From: Methanotrichaceae archaeon
Lineage (GTDB): Archaea; Halobacteriota; Methanosarcinia; Methanotrichales; Methanotrichaceae
Reading direction: 5' to 3'
DNA: 49,895 nt
Assembly: GCA_963754945.1 (NCBI GenBank)
Contig: CAVWIG010000033.1
Span: 1-49,895 of the forward strand
Shown in pieces: positions 47,827-49,895 of this stretch (position 1 is the first letter of the stretch; the number at the start of each line of letters is the position of its first letter). Both the position numbers and the translations under genes were made by a program. The notes beneath the pieces are model-generated. The model was not told the origin of the DNA. It made no database searches and saw only the letters and a list, made by a program, of their open reading frames with translations.

Positions 47827-49067
47827 TTTCTCATCCCCTCACTGAAGGAATCGTAGATCGATAGTGCTCTTTGTTCTACCTCTGGCTCGATGAACTTGAA
47901 AATAGTCGAGCACTTTGCTTGCGGATTGGAGTTCTGCTTTAAAATTTCAGATAGCAGCCCTTGAAAGTGCTCCTTGTTTCGGGAAATCTTATTTCGACCT
48001 GGCTGAATTTCATGGGTACAGATCACTTCTTTGCCGACGAAAACGTTGAATGCCTTATCTGAGATCTGCAACAAGCAATTCCTTCCCGCAAATCGATAAG
48101 GGACTGAATAGCGATTACCCAGATAAGAGACATACGAATCTCTCGATATTTTCCGGTTCTCTTTCCGAACATTATGATACGGCGGAACGGTATCATAATC
48201 TCTGAGCCCCTCATTCTTAAGTCGTTCAAGAGGTATTTCATTGGTAGTGCCGTGGATGGTCGAATTTACTCTTGCTAACCATTTCTGAGATTGGAGATTG
48301 AGATCAGAGAACGAACAAAACTCGCATCCCAGGAGAAAATCTCTCTTTACAAAACCTACGCTATTCTCGATTTTGCCTTTTGTTTGCGGACGATAGGGAC
48401 GGCAGAGTCTGGGAATAAAACCGTAATGATCAAAAAAATCCTCAAAATCTGTGTTCCAGACGGAATCCGATGACACAGGCGCTCTCTTGAGTACGATCTG
48501 CTTCATGTTGTCATAGAGGATTTCTTCGGTGTAGCCTCCGAAATAACGAAATGCATTCAAGTGACATTGAATCAGAGTGTGGACATCGGTATGCAGCGTG
48601 AACTCGACGTACCTCATCCGAGAATAGCCGAGGACCATAGTAAAGCAGTAGAGTTTCCTCAATTCGTTGTCGATATCAATTCGACCGCATTCCGCCCAAT
48701 CGACCTGCGATTGGATTCCCGGTTTTGTCTCGTATCTATACACGGCAGAGACTGAAACATTTGGTCGTACCTCTCTTACAAAATCCTTCACGATGGTATA
48801 TTTGCCGGTAAAACCTTTTTCTTGAATCTCACGATAAATACGCTTGGCAGAGAGTGGATACTCTTGAAGCCTCTGGATGATATATTCTCTATAGCCATCC
48901 AATTTGCTGGGCTTCCTTGATCTTTCCTGGGGTGTAGGGGGAACTTGAGAGCGAAGATATTTCCTTACCGTTCCACGGCTGTGTCCTGTTCTTCTGGCGA
49001 TCTCGCTGATGCTCAATTCTCTGTTGAATAAATCTCGCAACATGAGGAATTCCTCTAAGTCCAGCAT
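47823..49067 (-). CDS. istA: IS21 transposase IstA
   Basis: HTH SISEIARRTGHSRGTVRKYL, YETKPG.QSQVDW, LYDNMK, PQTKGKIE. Confidence 0.96.
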   Translation of the reverse strand: MLDLEEFLMLRDLFNRELSISEIARRTGHSRGTVRKYLRSQVPPTPQERSRKPSKLDGYREYIIQRLQEYPLSAKRIYREIQEKGFTGKYTIVKDFVREVRPNVSVSAVYRYETKPGIQSQVDWAECGRIDIDNELRKLYCFTMVLGYSRMRYVEFTLHTDVHTLIQCHLNAFRYFGGYTEEILYDNMKQIVLKRAPVSSDSVWNTDFEDFFDHYGFIPRLCRPYRPQTKGKIENSVGFVKRDFLLGCEFCSFSDLNLQSQKWLARVNSTIHGTTNEIPLERLKNEGLRDYDTVPPYHNVRKENRKISRDSYVSYLGNRYSVPYRFAGRNCLLQISDKAFNVFVGKEVICTHEIQPGRNKISRNKEHFQGLLSEILKQNSNPQAKCSTIFKFIEPEVEQRALSIYDSFSEGMRK

Positions 49068-49895
49068 CCACACAACCCCTGAGATTAGATGTCAGGGATT
49101 GGCAGGTGGACATTTTTATCCCGCCACTATTGAGCATTTTTAGACCGCCAGTGACAACTACAATGAATATGAGGCGTGTTGGCCAATTGATGAGACATAT
49201 AAATGATTATGGTTTAGCGCAAAGAGTTCAAACCCTAGATCTTGACGATGCTCTTAGTAGACCAGTAGCAGGGACTAGGCTTAACGCTAGTTACCAGAAG
49301 TTGAAAAATGCAGAATCAATCCTTATCTTAGCGCGAAGCGTTGATAATGCATATGATATCTTATATAGAGTAAAAAAGTATCAAATATTTGATGAAGATG
49401 CGTTGAGTGCAGAATTTGAGAATGATGATCCCAACGGCAGTTCGGTCAGTAGAGTTAGGAACTCATTACAAAATATAGGTGTTCTGATAAAAAATGATGA
49501 AGTCGATGGCGTTTGGAACATAGCACAAAATAATGAATCTAATGAATTCTTAGATGATGTATTAAAGGTTTTAGCCAATACAAGAAGCAATCTAGGAGAT
49601 AATATAGAGATAAATAAGATATTAGAAGGTAGATTCCCAGATAACGAAGATGATATGAAGAGATCATTCAAGTATATTGAAATGGATCTATTAGATTTTA
49701 TAGATAAAGATAGAAAACAATAATTAAATTAATTTTACCAAAAGATTAGATTATTTTTCTAGAGTCGCCTTATGATTTTGTGACATCAAGTGCGATAAAA
49801 ATTGATTGTTGTGTTACTTACAACATACTTGCACCACTATAAACGAACACCCAAGAAATGCAACAGTACCAAAAAAGCTTTTGGGCGATTAAGAC

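Larger units (their letters stand above)
46959..49156 (-). mobile_element. IS21-family insertion sequence
   Basis: TGTCA(A/C)TGGCGG...TGACA ends with internal repeated TGGCGG.ATAAAA; TSD ACTA at 46955-46958 and 49157-49160. Confidence 0.93.
45874..49723 (+). pseudogene. ~450-aa multi-wHTH hypothetical protein interrupted by a MITE, a frameshift and IS21
   Basis: Removing IS21 fuses 46337-46958 in frame to 49161-49723 (SRLT-T-MNMRRV). Removing the MITE joins DLIY to RGL, then a 1-nt shift is needed. Confidence 0.8.

Noticed and set aside
49106-49160. Independent 205-aa gene starting at 49106
   Set aside because: The start lies within the IS21 terminal repeat; it is the distal part of the interrupted gene

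Overview
This is an archaeal chromosomal window, most likely from a Methanothrix (Methanosaeta)-like methanogen. That assignment is inferred from gene content, GGTGA/GGAGG ribosome-binding sites and IS types. The centre holds a cdc6/orc1 gene next to a ~1.4 kb AT-rich replication origin with ORB boxes. Housekeeping blocks include UPF0147/UPF0148, an Lhr helicase, oapABC, a radical SAM gene, argG, rimI and an HSR1-like regulator-cdc48-lonB-tldD proteostasis cluster. These alternate with IS-rich accessory segments. Exact ends could be read for several elements: an IS1634 (TSD TCAGA) splitting a tyrosine recombinase, an IS21 (TSD ACTA) and a 279-bp MITE (TSD ATTTAT) both inserted in one ~450-aa multi-winged-helix gene, and two IS5 copies. 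IS66 and IS6 remnants are also present. Four PIN-domain genes each have a different partner. The most notable is a GHKL-kinase/STAS/PIN three-gene operon resembling a partner-switching-controlled nuclease toxin. Several small unannotated ORFs, operators and possible non-canonical start codons were found by hand. No rRNA, tRNA or CRISPR array was recognised. All product calls rest on motif recognition, not database searches.
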